Shown here: positions 24,430-36,500 of the stretch, piece after piece
Layout of the letters: each line of letters opens with the position of its first letter
Position numbering within the stretch: the stretch's first letter is position 1
Assembly (NCBI RefSeq): GCF_963921235.1
Contig: NC_086108.1
Location: 15,562,001 to 15,626,000 of the forward strand
Source: Mobula hypostoma
Taxonomy: Eukaryota
DNA length: 64,000 nucleotides
Direction: 5' to 3'
The notes under the pieces: model-generated
What the model saw: only the letters and a program-made list of their open reading frames with translations
What the model was told of the DNA's origin: nothing
The model's database searches: none
Position numbers and translations under genes: made by a program

Positions 24430-24610
24430 AAGAGTAACCATAGCCTCACAGTTCCTGATGAGGGTTCAATCCTGATTTTGGGTGCTGTCTGTGTGGAAAT
24501 GGCACATCCTCTGCATGACCGCCTGGGCTTCCCTGCGTAATTTGGTTTCTCCCCCCATTCCAGAGATGTTAATTGTCTATTGTAAATTATCCCAGTGTGT
24601 AAGCAAATGG
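24430..24610 (+). mobile_element. V-SINE (HE1-like) copy
   Basis: GGGTTCAATCC B-box, then GCTGTCTGTGTGGA..GGTTTCTCCCC..TGTAAATTATCCC. Confidence 0.6.
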
Positions 24611-24762
24611 TAGAACCTGGGAGAGTGATCAAAATGTTGGAAGAATAACTTAGTGGGGAAAATTGGCAGGGGAATGAGCTGACATACATTTGATGGGGGC
24701 AAATGGCCTCCTTCAGGGAGTAAGTAAATGTGGAATCTATAAACTGTTGTTAAATTGGTTAA

Positions 24763-25719
24763 GCAACATACATCAAAGTTGCTGGTGAACGCAGCAGGCC
24801 AGGCAGCATCTATAGGAAGAGGCGCAGTTGACGTTTCAGGCCGAGACCCTTCGTCAGGACTAACTGAAGGAAGAGTGAGTAAGGGATTTGAAAGCTGGAG
24901 GGGGAGGGGGAGATGCAAAATGATAGGAGAAGACAGGAGGGGGAGGGATGGAGCCGAGAGCTGGACAGGTGATAGGCAGAAGGGGATACGAGAGGATCAT
25001 GGGACAGGAGGTCCGGGAAGAAAGACGGTGGGGGGGGTGACCCAGAGGATGGGCAAGAGGTATATTCAGAGGGACAGAGGGAGAAAAAAGAGAGTGAGAG
25101 AAAGAATGTGTGCATAAAAAAGAGTAACAGATGGGGTACGAGGGGGAGGTGGGGCCTAGCGGAAGTTAGAGAAGTCAATGTTCATGCCATCAGGTTGGAG
25201 GCTACCCATACGGAATATAAGGTGTTGTTCCTCCAACCTGAGTGTGGCTTCATCTTTACAGTAGAGGAGGCCGTGGATAGACATGTCAGAATGGGAATGG
25301 GATGTGGAATTAAAATGTGTGGCCACTGGGAGATCCTGCTTTCTCTGGCGGACAGAGCGTAGATGTTCAGCAAAGCGGTCTCCCAGTCTGCGTCGGGTCT
25401 CACCAATATATAAAAGGCCACATCGGGAGCACCGGACGCAGTATATCACCCCAGTCGACTCACAGGTGAAGTGATGCCTCACCTGGAAGGACTGTTTGGG
25501 GCCCAGAATGGTGGTAAGGGAGGAAGTGTAAGGGCATGTGTAGCACTTGTTCCGCTTACACGGATAAGTGCCAGGAGGGAGATCAGTGGGGAGGGATGGG
25601 GGGGACGAATGGACAAGGGAGTTGTGTAGGGAGCGATCCCTGCGGAATGCAGAGAGGGGGGGGAGGGAAAGATATGCTTAGTGGTGGGATCCCGTTGGAG
25701 GTGGCGGAAGTTACGGAGA
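24763..25719 (-). mobile_element. Penelope-like retroelement, 5'-truncated, with uninterrupted GIY-YIG endonuclease domain and 3' terminal region
   Basis: ORF 25482-25156 with VIYCVRCSRCGLLYIGET..RFAEH..HFN..E..GMN. 11-bp TSD AAATTGGTTAA at 24752-24762 and 25720-25730. Confidence 0.93.
24826..24861 (-). ncRNA. Minimal type-I hammerhead ribozyme motif in the Penelope terminal region
   Basis: Minus strand AGTC-CTGACGA-AGGGTCTCGGCCT-GAAA-CG-TC-AACT: intact core, stem II and ACGT palindrome; one stem I mismatch. Confidence 0.75.
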
Positions 25720-26479
25720 AAATTGGTTAAAGTGGTATTGTGGTCAATATATTGTTCCTACTTCAGGTGGTACTGAGGGTTATCATATTATACCACGGAA
25801 TCAAATATTTGTCCCCATCAACTCTGCGCTGATACTATTTTCAATGCCAGCCTGCTTCTATATCCAGTCTTGTTTGTTTCTCAGATCCCTTCCATATTAA
25901 TTTTCCTATACTTTGCTAAGCTCAGTCAAATGCTGAACTAAAGCAAGTTATCCATCAGAATTGGAGTATTTTGTTTGGACTTTTATTTTCCCCACTAACT
26001 AAAAGTTCACAAGTATGACAGAGCAAGGGCAGTATCAAAGGGACTGCATGAAGCTTTTGAATAGCACCCTGCATTCTTAGCTGACAGAACAGGAAGACTT
26101 CAAAAGATACTCATGTAGGCGCTTCAGTCCCTGTGGAGAACTAATATACCCCTGAGAAGTCACTATGCCAGGGATTAAAGACCAGTTCATTCAGACTGCT
26201 TCATCAACAACAAGAAGACAGTATTTTTATTGGCTGAAAGCTTTCGCCTGCTAAATTTAGCTGTGTCTCATTGTAGCCTGGACTTGCATCTTAGTCAGTC
26301 GAAGCGTCTCTATTTCTCTCAATGATCTCCATTTTACGTCAAGACACTGATATGAATTCTATGCCATTACTATAGAAGCATAGAGAGTTGCAGCAAGCAG
26401 GCCTTTTGAGCTTCTGAGTCCATGCCAAGCGTCACCCATTTAGACCAGTCCCACATTAATGTCAGTTTTTCTCTACCCA

Positions 26480-26705
26480 TGTTCCCATGGACTCGCCCAG
26501 ATTCTACAACTCATCTGCAAACTGGCAGGCACTTCATAGCAGCCAATTAGCCAACCAACCTGCATATCTTTGGAATGTAGGTGGAAATTGATTTGGTCAC
26601 AGGGAGAATGTGCATATGCTCAACAGCCAGCACCAGGGGTCAGGATAGAAGCTGGGTCTCCAGTGCCACTTGGTAGTGGCTCTACTAGTTGCACCACTGT
26701 GCCGT
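26480..26705 (-). mobile_element. V-SINE (HE1-like) copy
   Basis: Reverse complement of the V-domain (TCTTTGGAATGT..GGTCACAGGGAGAATGTGCA) and of a tRNA-like head. Confidence 0.6.
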
Positions 26706-26817
26706 AGTTTTTGTTCTGTACAACTATTTTCATTCTCCCTCGAAGGTATTAATTTGCCCAGGGGTTGCATGGAGTTCCACCTAGGTAGATGTTTTTTACT
26801 GATCAGAATTTGTGTGT

Positions 26818-28926
26818 GGTTCCGGTGACGTCATCGTTCAGTATGGCAGCTTAAGTCAACAGCTCCTCCAGAAAAACGGATATTTTGCCCCGTTAATGCA
26901 TCAAATCTAAGATCTTTCGAACATATCTGAATTGATAAGGGGGGGCAAGAATGGGGAGAAACAATGGAGATAAAAAAAAACATCACTGCAGAGCCTATGG
27001 AAGAGAGAGGTGCAGCGCGTGGCTCTCCTACACATGTGCATAGCAGCGAGGCTGACGCTGGGCCTCGTGCAGGTGAAGCGGCAAATATAATGAAGATTCT
27101 GGAAGAGCTAAGGGAAGTCCAAAAAGATATAAAACAACAAGTCAATGATATGAAGTCAGAGCTTGCCAATGTCAATCAGGAAATAGCGATGGCAGAGACT
27201 CAAATTGAGAAGGTGGAAGACCACATGCAAAACGTGGAACAGATACTAAGTAAGATGATAAAAATATTAAATCAACAGGAAAGTAAATTGCCTGACCAGG
27301 AGGGAAGATCACGACGAAAAAATATCAGGATTTATAATGTTCCCGAAGGAGCGGAGGGAGTGTCAATGATAGACTTTGTAGGCAAGCTGCTGCAGGAAGT
27401 GCTGGAGATTTCCCCGAATATGGAGATGGAAATAGAAAGGGCACACCGTTCTCTCGCCCAGCGGCCTGCCAGAGACAGACAAAGTAAATTGCACTTAAAT
27501 TCCTCTGATTCAAGAGCAAGGCGGAGATTCTACGAAGGGCCTGGGGTAAAAAGAGGGTTTTTTGGAACGGGAAGTTAATATACTTCGATCATGATTACCC
27601 CCCCCCCCCCCCCCCCGGCGGTCTCACAGAAACGGAAGGAGTATTCCGAAGCAAAACGAATATTAAAGGAGGAAAAGGTTAAATTTCAAACTCTATACCC
27701 TGCTACACTGAGGGTATTTTACCAAGAAGGGATACAACTGTACCAGACAGTGGAAGAGGCGACTACAGACATGAACAACCGAGGACTGTCCATTAACGTG
27801 GTCAAACCAAGGGAAAGTCTGGCTGAGCAGTCATCCTGATCTGCTTGGGAAATAGTAAGAGAACCGAGAAAGCAGGGGATGGGTTTCAGGACGAGAGAAT
27901 GTTATTAGGAAGAGACTGTGAGTTTTCCGAAGACAACCCTCACCTCCTCCAGAAGAGCCATAATGTTTGGCTAACTTTAAAAGTGCTGATAAACTTAAAC
28001 GGAAGCAAAAATAGACGGTGATATACCTATCTCGAGAAATACGTGTTATAATGTGGTTTTTATATTACTCAATTTTTTAAAAATTCATTTATTCATTCCT
28101 TTTTCCCCACCTAAATGAGAATATATACATGGGAGGAATACACGGGGAAATCATTTCTGTGTAATGGACATAGTTTTTTTTTTACTTACTTTTATAGATA
28201 CTGCAACGGGGGCCCTCAACCCACAGGTAGGAGAGGCTAACCCCCACGGCTAGACTTTTCTTCTAGCCCAACCCAGGGTCATCTAGAGACCCCAGCCTTG
28301 GAACCACACCTTCCTTACCTTTCTTTTTATTATTCACTTTTCTTGGTTCTTATTTGTTTAGGGAGTAGATCGATTAAATTATATTCTGCAAATTTCAATG
28401 ATATACTAACTTAATAAGACCATATATTTTGGGTATGTACCTCAAGAATGGTTGAAAAGAGATAAATATAAATATTTAAGGAATGTACTGCTGGTGACTG
28501 GTAAAAAGACCTTTACCAGGAAATGGTTATCTCAGGAGAGCCCAACTTTAAATGTATGGATGGAAGTTACAATGGACATCTACAAAATGGAGAAGATAAC
28601 AACATCTGTTAATCATAAGTTGGAACAATTTTATTCATACTGGAAAAAATGGTTTAACTACATAACATCTTATAGGCCTGATTTTATTCTCACAATCAAT
28701 GAATATGTTGTTTAAAAAAATCACTCCCTACTCTGTACATAGTTTTCTTCTTTCGATTGTTCTTTCTTTCCTCTTCTTTCTATCCTCAAGAGTATACTTC
28801 AGATAAATATTATGTGGAGATTTGTGACAAATATGATTATATGATATATATGTACAGTATCTGAAATACATCTTACAGAAGTGCTTGTTTGATGATAAAA
28901 TTCAATTAAAAAAATTACAAAAAAAA
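26818..28926 (+). mobile_element. L1-clade element with 5'UTR, ORF1, spacer, only the extreme 3' end of ORF2, 3'UTR and poly(A)
   Basis: ORF1 coiled coil with EGRSRRKNIRIYNVPEG, EIERAHR and LYPATL (frameshifted). ORF2 tail KKTFTRKW..W..YKMEK..WKKW. A-tail at about 28908-28927. TSD AGAATTTGTGTGT / AGAATTTGTTTGT (26805-26817 and 28927-28939). Confidence 0.9.
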
Positions 28927-29392
28927 AGAATTTGTTTGTATGTTGGTGACTTAACTATTGTCACCGCTTCCTGAGATATCAACCCAGTCACTTTTTGCAC
29001 CTATGCTCTCATTCTAATTTGCAAGTTTATCTTTACTGGTTTCAGTTATAGAGTACAGAAGTAGACCCTTTTGCCCTACTCACCCACTCTGACCAAGCTA
29101 GTCCCATCTGCCTGTGTTTGGCCTGAACCTTCCTGTCCAAATATCTTTTAAGCATTGTTATTGTACCTGCCTCTATTACTTCCCCTGGCAGCTCTTTTCA
29201 TATACCCACTTCCCACTGTGTGAAAAACTTGCCCCTCTGGTCCCTTTAATGTCTTTCTCCTCTCACCTTAAACCTATGCCATCCGGTTTCAGACTCTCCT
29301 AACCTGGGAAAAAGACTGACTGTTTATGTCCTTCATGATTTTATAAGCCTCAGTCTCCTGTGCTCCGTAGAAGAAAAAGTCCAGCCTGTCCA

Positions 29393-31015
29393 GAGCAACA
29401 CACACAAGATGCTGGAGGAACTCGGTAGGTTAGGCAGCATCTATGGAGAGGATAAACAGTGACGTTTCGGGCAAGGCACTTTACCAGGACTGGGAAGGAA
29501 GCAGGAAGTAGCTGGAATAAGAAGGTGTGGGGAGGGGAAGGAGTACAAGCTAGAAGATGATAGGTGAAACCTGGTGAGCGGGAAGGGTGAATGGGGGAGG
29601 AGGAATGAAGTGAGAAGCTGGGAGGTGATAGGTGGAAGAAATAAAGGGCCAAAGAGGAAGGCATTTCATAGGAGAAGACAGTAGAGCATGGGAGAAAGAG
29701 ACGGAAGCAGGTCATCAAAGGGAGATGATGGGCAGGTAAGGAGAGGAGAAGTGGTAAGAGGGGAGGTAGAATGCGGAATGAAAAAGAGAAGGAGGAGGCG
29801 GGAGTAATTGCGAGAAGTTAGGGAAATCAATGTTCATGCCATCAGGTTGGAGTCTACCCAGACACAATGAGGTGTTGCTCCACCAGCCTGAGAGTAGCCT
29901 CATTGTGGCAGGAAAGGAGGCTATGTACTGTTATGGGAATAAGAAGCAGAATTGACATGGGTGGCCTCCGGGAAATCCTGCTTTTTATGCAGGTGCTCCA
30001 TGAAGCAGTCCCCCAATCTACATCAGGTTTCACCAATGTAGAGCAGGCTGCACTGGGAACACTGGATACAGTGGATGACCTCAACAAATTTGTATGGATA
30101 ATGTCACCTTATCTGGAAGGACTGTTTGGGGCCCAGAATGGTGATGAGGGTGAAGGTGTAGGGACACATGTAGCACTTGTCCTGCTTGCAGGAATAAGCG
30201 TCAGGAGGGAGATCAGTGGGGAGGGTCAAGTGGGCAAGGGAATCATGTAGCCAAGTGATCCCTGCAGAAAGTGAAGCATGCTTGTTGGGGGCGGGGGGGG
30301 GGAGAAGAGAAGTATGTGTTTAGTGGTAGGATTAAGTTGAAGATGGAGGAAGTTGCAGGCAATGAAGTGCTGCATATGGAGGATTGTGGTGTGGTGAGTA
30401 AGGACAAGGGAACTCTATCTGTATTTTGGCGCAGGAACATTGGGTGGGGGTGAGGGCAAATGTTTGGTAGATGGAGGAAATGCAAGTGAGGACAGTATTA
30501 ATGATTGAGGAAGGGAAGCTGTGTTCTTTGAAGAAAGAGGACATCTCCAGTGTCCTGAAATGGAAAGCCTCATCCTGAGAACAGATGCACCAGAGAGGGA
30601 GGAACTGAGAAAACGGAATAGTAAAGATAGCTGTGAGAGTCAGTAGGTTTATAAAATATATCAGTAGAGAGATTGAGAAAGGGAAGAGAGGTATCAGATG
30701 TACTAAGTAAATTTGAGGGCAGAGTGGACATTGGAAGCAAAATTGATGAAATTGACAAGCTCAGCATGGGTGCAGGATGCAACATCAGTGAAGTTGTTGA
30801 TGTAGTGTAGAAGGAGTTGGGGAGCATTACCAGTGTAGGCTTGAAACATGGACTGTCCCATCTAACCGACAAAAAAAGGAAGCACAGCTGGGGCTCATGC
30901 AGGAGCCCATGGCTACACCTTGGGTTTAAAGAAAGTGGGAGAAGCCAAAAGAGAGATTGTTGAGGGTGAGTACCTTTCCTGCCAGACTGAGGAGGGTGGT
31001 GGTCAAGGAGAATTG
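29393..31015 (-). mobile_element. Older Penelope-like element (decayed RT, GIY-YIG and terminal region) inserted in a CR1 3' fragment
   Basis: LSTDIFYKPTDSHSYL, LQPDGMNIDF and a degenerate hammerhead at about 29457-29492. CR1 minus-strand sequence lies on both sides (about 29045-29392 and 31016-31195). Confidence 0.85.
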
Positions 31016-31624
31016 GTCCATCCTCTCCTTGTATTGCAAGCCCTTCAACCCTGTGAATCTGTCCTGCATCTTTTCCAGCTTAATTACATCCTTCCTATAG
31101 CTGGGTGACCAGAACTATACATAATATTCCAAATGTGGTCTCACCAATGACTTGTGCAGTTGTAACATGATGTCCCAGCTCTTGTACTCAATGTACAATG
31201 TGGGATATCGTAGTGCAATTTACTTGTCAAATATCTGTAGACACTACATTTCAAAGTTTTTTCCATTTGCTGTAAAACATGTTGAAAAGCTTTCCAGTGA
31301 CAAGGACTTGCAGACTTTGTATTTTCAAACTTGCAATGGACTGAAGAGAACTTAGATTGAATGCATTCAGCTAGGAGCAGAATTAGGCCCTTTGGCCCAT
31401 CAAGTCTGTTCTGCCATTCAATCATGGCTGATCCTTTTTTTTCCCTCCTCCTCACATTTGATGCCCACTCTGGCCTACCATGGGCTCAACCTAAGCACTG
31501 GGTCTCATAAATATATAGTATTCCAATCAGTAGGCAATTTAGAGAGATCAGCTAAATTTCTTTGGCAATTTCACAAAATGAAATATTATGATCTTCCACT
31601 ACGTCAGTGGGTATGATATGTAAA

Positions 31625-31850
31625 GCATTCATTTATTTTATCTGTTTACTTATTTAGAGATACAGCACAGTAACAGGTCTTTCTGATCCAATGAGTCCAC
31701 CACCCCTCCCATTATACCCATGTGACCAATTACCCTACCAACCCATATGTCTTTGGAATGTGGGAGGAAACTGGAGCATCAGGAAGAAACCCATGTGGAT
31801 GGGCATGGGGAGAACAAACAAACACCTTGCAGACAGTGGCGGATAGCAGC
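31625..31850 (-). mobile_element. V-SINE-like copy
   Basis: GTCTTTGGAATGTGGGAGGAAACTGGAGCA..GAAACCCA. Similar copies lie at about 33795-34060 and 60210-60490. Confidence 0.65.
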
Positions 31851-31926
31851 TTAATGCAGCCTGGTTCTCACTAAATTTAAACTGAGATGGAGTACTTATT
31901 TCTCTTCGTACTAACACAGTGTAATA

Positions 31927-32245
31927 TAGAAACATAGAAACATAGAAAATAGGTGCAGGAGTAGGCCATTCGGCCCTTCGAGCCTGCACCGCCATTTATT
32001 ATGATCATGGCTGATCCTCCAACTCAGAACCCCGCCCCAGCCTTCCCTCCATACCCCCTGACCCCCGTAGCCACAAGGGCCATATCTAATTCCCTCTTAA
32101 ATATAGCCAATGAACTGGCCTCAACTGTTTCCTGTGGCAGAGAATTCCACAGATTCACCACTCTCTGTGTGAAGAAGTTTTTCCTAATCTCGGTCCTAAA
32201 AGGCTTCCCCTCTATCCTCAAACTGTGGCCCCTCGTTCTGGACCT
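31927..32245 (-). mobile_element. Young CR1 3' end with (TTTCTATG)n tail
   Basis: TAGAAACATAGAAACATAGAAA tail and FFTQRVVNLWNSLP. Confidence 0.88.
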
Positions 32246-32759
32246 CTAGACTGCTGTATCCTTCACAAATGTTGGGTATGTGGAAGTGCATACCATTGGT
32301 GGTCTATATTGGTTACATTTGAGCTTGACTGAATTCCAGTAGAAGTCTTCTGAACATTCTTGCTTTTATCAGGCATTGATCTGTCACAGACATTTTTTAA
32401 ATACATGGTTTTTGATGAAATATTGATGAGCTGTGTGCAGATCATAGCTGGAATTTAATAATAGAAGGAAGACTGTCTTGGGAAAGCTGCCAGCTTCTGC
32501 TGTGACCTCTGCAACCTCCATTCTCTTGGGTGGAACTGCTGAGAAAATGATAGATAACATTTAAAGGACTGGATCTTAAAAGAATATAATGCTGCAGACT
32601 TGAGATTCTTAAACTCTCAGTTCAATAATGAGAATTTGAATTAAATACATTCAGATGATCAAAACTACCCCATGACTGAAAATTGGCCCTCTCTTCCATG
32701 AAATCCCTTCCATACTGCATGAACACACTATCCTATCCTTTTGTAGATTCTACCCACCA

Positions 32760-33010
32760 ATGTTCATGTCCTTCCACATCCCACATGCGCTCTGTTATGT
32801 CCCAGTTATGGACGTTTAATCCCTATCCACACCCCACGTTCACTCTCTACCCAATTACGGACAGTTAATCCCCTTCTACACCCCACCCACGTCCACTGTT
32901 CCATATTATGGGCATTAAAACCCCTGTCATACCCATCTATGCAATCCTCCCGAACACAGACATTTAATTCCTTTCCACATTCATGTCCACTCTTCCTATT
33001 TTATGGACTT
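32760..33010. repeat. Degenerate ~50-bp minisatellite (about 5 units)
   Basis: Recurring TTATGGAC..TTAATCCC..CCACACCCCAC..CCACT at about 32806, 32855, 32906, 32955 and 33001. Confidence 0.65.
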
Positions 33011-33599
33011 TCTCAATGCTTTTAATCCCAGATCCTGTGTACATTTTAACACAGATTCTATCAGTTTTTTTGGTGATGGAATAAAACATGTAGCCTTTTA
33101 CAGCTTTTGACCAAATGTCAACTTCACACAAACACTGCAGCCTAATATTTGGGAGAAACTGAGACTTAATTTTATTGTCAGATGTACTCCATGAGAATTG
33201 TAATGGATACTGGAGTAAGTGGCCATGATACTGAGATGTGGTTTGCTGATTGATCTCAGGATGCTGTGCACATGCACCTGCCTATAGTGTGAGACAAACT
33301 GACTTTCAAATTACTGACTTGATCTTTATGCTGCAGAAAACAGTTCATTCAGCCTTCTATATGGCCTCTGTATTTCTGTAAGAAGTATTTAAGAACATAA
33401 GAAACATAAGAAATAGGAGCAAGAGTATGTCACCTGACTTACCATGAAGCATCTCAGAAAATTGTTCCTTTTATAGTGGGTTTCAATCATCATGAGCACT
33501 TGCTTGTTGGAGAGGTGGCATGAGGTTTAAAAACAGCTCAGGGCCTTTCAGAACTTTGGCAGGCTTCAGTCATAATAATCCATTAGACACTTGGCAAAG

Positions 33600-36500
33600 G
33601 CCAATAAAAAGAAGTGAGGTGTAAGTGGAGTGGCCATTGTAGGAGTAGACAGTGTTAGAGTGGTCAGACATTGGCTCAGGAGGCTTTGGCGAGAAGGGGC
33701 GAAGGCTGAAAGTAAGTTTCTGGTAAGTTTTTTTTTCTTTCTTTGTCTATTGGTAGATAGCTAGTGCCGTAAGAATAGGTCCAGCATTAGTGGTATGTTT
33801 ATTTATCTTGACATACAGTGCAAAACAGGACCTTCTGGCTCAAAGAGCTACATTGCCCAGCGACCCACAATTTACAATGAGCAATTAGCCTACAAACCAA
33901 TATATCTTTGGAATGTCAAGGAAACTAGAGCACTTGGAGGAAACCTATGCACCCAGTGGAAGGATGTACAAACTTCTTACAGACAGTGTCGGAATTGAAC
34001 TCCAAACTGCGATGCCCTGAACTATAATAGTGTTGCACTATCTGCTACATTACCCTGGCGCCCGTCTTCTTGTGAGATAGGGATCTTTGGGAGACCTCCT
34101 GTCTCCCTACTAACTACATCTGCACAAGGTGCATCAAACAGCAGCTCTTTACAAACCGAATTAGGGAACTAGAGCTGCAGCTGCATGATCTTCAGCTCAT
34201 ATGGGAGAATAAAGAGGTGATAGATAGGAACTAAAGAGAGGTAGTCACCCCTAAATTGTAGAAGGCAGATAGCTGGGTGACTGTCAGTAAATTGAAAGGG
34301 AATAGGCAGCCAGTACAGAGTACCCTTGTGCCCATTCCACTCAATAATAAGCATACTACTTTGGATACTGCTGGGGGGTGGGAGGCAGCCACAGTGACTG
34401 GGTCTCAGTACCGGAAGGGAAGTGGGTGGGAAGGGGAAAGAAAAGGAGCACAGTAGTGGTAGGCGATTCCAGAGTTATAGGAGCAGACAGGAGGTGCTAT
34501 GGACATGAAAGAGACACCCGGATGGTGTTTTGCCTCCCAGGCGCCAGTAGCAGGGATGTCTCGGATCGAGTCCACATCATTCTAAAGAGGGAGAGTGAGC
34601 AGCTGGACGTCATGGTACATATTCGTATCAACGACATTGGTAGGGAAAGGGAGAAGGTCATGAAGAGAGAATATAGGGAGTTAGGTAGAAAGCTGAAAAT
34701 CATGACTTCCAGGGGAGTAATCTCTGGATTGCTGCCTGTACCACACATCAATGACGGTAAGAATTGGATGATTTGGTAGATGAATGCATGGCTGAGGAAT
34801 TGGTGCAAGGGGCAGTGTTTCAGATTTCTGGATTTGATCTCTTCTGGGGAAGGTCTGTCCTGTACAAAAAGGATGGGTGATGTCTGAACTCAAGGGAGAT
34901 CAATATCCTTCCAGACAGGTTTGCTAGAGCTGTTGGGGAGGGTTTTACCTAATTTGACAGGGGGATAGGAACCAGAATGATATCTCTGACAAGTAGAGGC
35001 AGTGTGTAGTGAGACTACGAGGAAGGATAGGCAGATGATCCGGCAAAATTTCAATCAGTGGGATGAGTTGAAGTGTAACATGGGAGCAAAATCAAGAAGG
35101 GTTATATTTGAATACATGTTGTATACAGAATAAGGCAGGTGATCTTGTAGCACACCTCAAGATTGGCAGGTATGACATTGTGGATATCACTGGTATGTAG
35201 TTGAAAGAAAAGCATTGTTGGGAACTTACCATCCAAGGATATGCATTGTATCAAAAGAACAGGCAGATAGACAGAGGGGGTGGTAAAAAATGAAGTCAAA
35301 TCATTAGAAAGACATGACGTAGGATTGGGAAATGTAGAATCCTTGTGGGTAAAGTTAAGAACGGCAAGGGTAAAAGACCCTAATGGGTCCTATACAGGCC
35401 TCTGAACAATAGCCACGATGTGGGCTACAAATTACAACGGGGAATAGAAAAGGAACGTAAAAAGTACAATGTTATGATAATCATGGGAGATTTCAATATG
35501 TAAGTAGATTAGGAAAATCAGGTTAGTGCTGGATCTCAAGAGGGGGAATTTGTAGAGTGCCTACGAGATGTCTTTTCAGAGTAGCCTGTGATTGAGCCAA
35601 GTCTAAAATCAGTTGTATCATTATTACTTTATTTTACTTTATTGGCCCCAAACAATTGATACTAGAGTGTACAATCATCACAGTGATATTTGATTCTGCG
35701 CTTCGCGCTTGCTGGAGTACAAATCAACAGTAAATATTAAAAATTTAAATTATAAATCATAAATAGAAAGTAGAAAAGGGAAAGTAGGGTAGTGCAAAAA
35801 AAACAAGAGGCAGGTCCGGATATTTGGAGAGTACGGCCCAGATCACAGTGGAGTAATGGGAATTATAGAGGCATGAGAGAGGACCTGGCCAAAGTTGATT
35901 GGGAGGGGGACAGTCGCAGGGATGACGGTAAAACAGCAATGGCTGGAGATTCTGGGAACAATTTGGAAGGCGCAGAGTAGATACATCCCAAAGAAGTAGT
36001 AGTATTCCAAAGGGAAGATGAGGCAACTGTGACTGACAAGGGAAGTCAAAGTTAGCATAAAAGCAAAAGGGAAATTAGAAGGTTGCAAAGCTTTCAAATA
36101 CCACCAGAAGGCATCTAAAAAAGCAATGAGAGAAAAGAAGAAATATGAAAGGTAAGCTAGCCAATAATATAAAAGAGGATGGCAAATTTTTTTTCAGATA
36201 TATAAAGAGTAGAAGAGAGGTGAGAGTGGATAATACATAGCTGAAAAATTACACTGGTGAGGTAGTAATGGGGACAAATGAATGGCGGATGAACTTAGTG
36301 TTTTGTGTCTTCCTTACTGTGGAAGGCACCAGCAACTTTACAGAAATTCGAGATTGTTGGACAAAAGTTACGGCAGATGCTGTTACTAAGGAGAAGATGC
36401 TTGGGAACTTGGAAGGTCTGTAGTTAGGTAAGACACCTGGACCAGATGGTCTGCACCCAGGGTTCTGAAAGAGGTAGCTGAAGAGATTGTGGCGGCATTA

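Noticed and set aside
27598..27616. Poly-proline coding or functional poly-C tract
   Set aside because: Homopolymer expansion (or sequencing error) inside a dead L1 ORF1.
32760..33010. CRISPR-like repeat-spacer array
   Set aside because: Eukaryotic context; units are diverged tandem copies without unique spacers; no cas genes.
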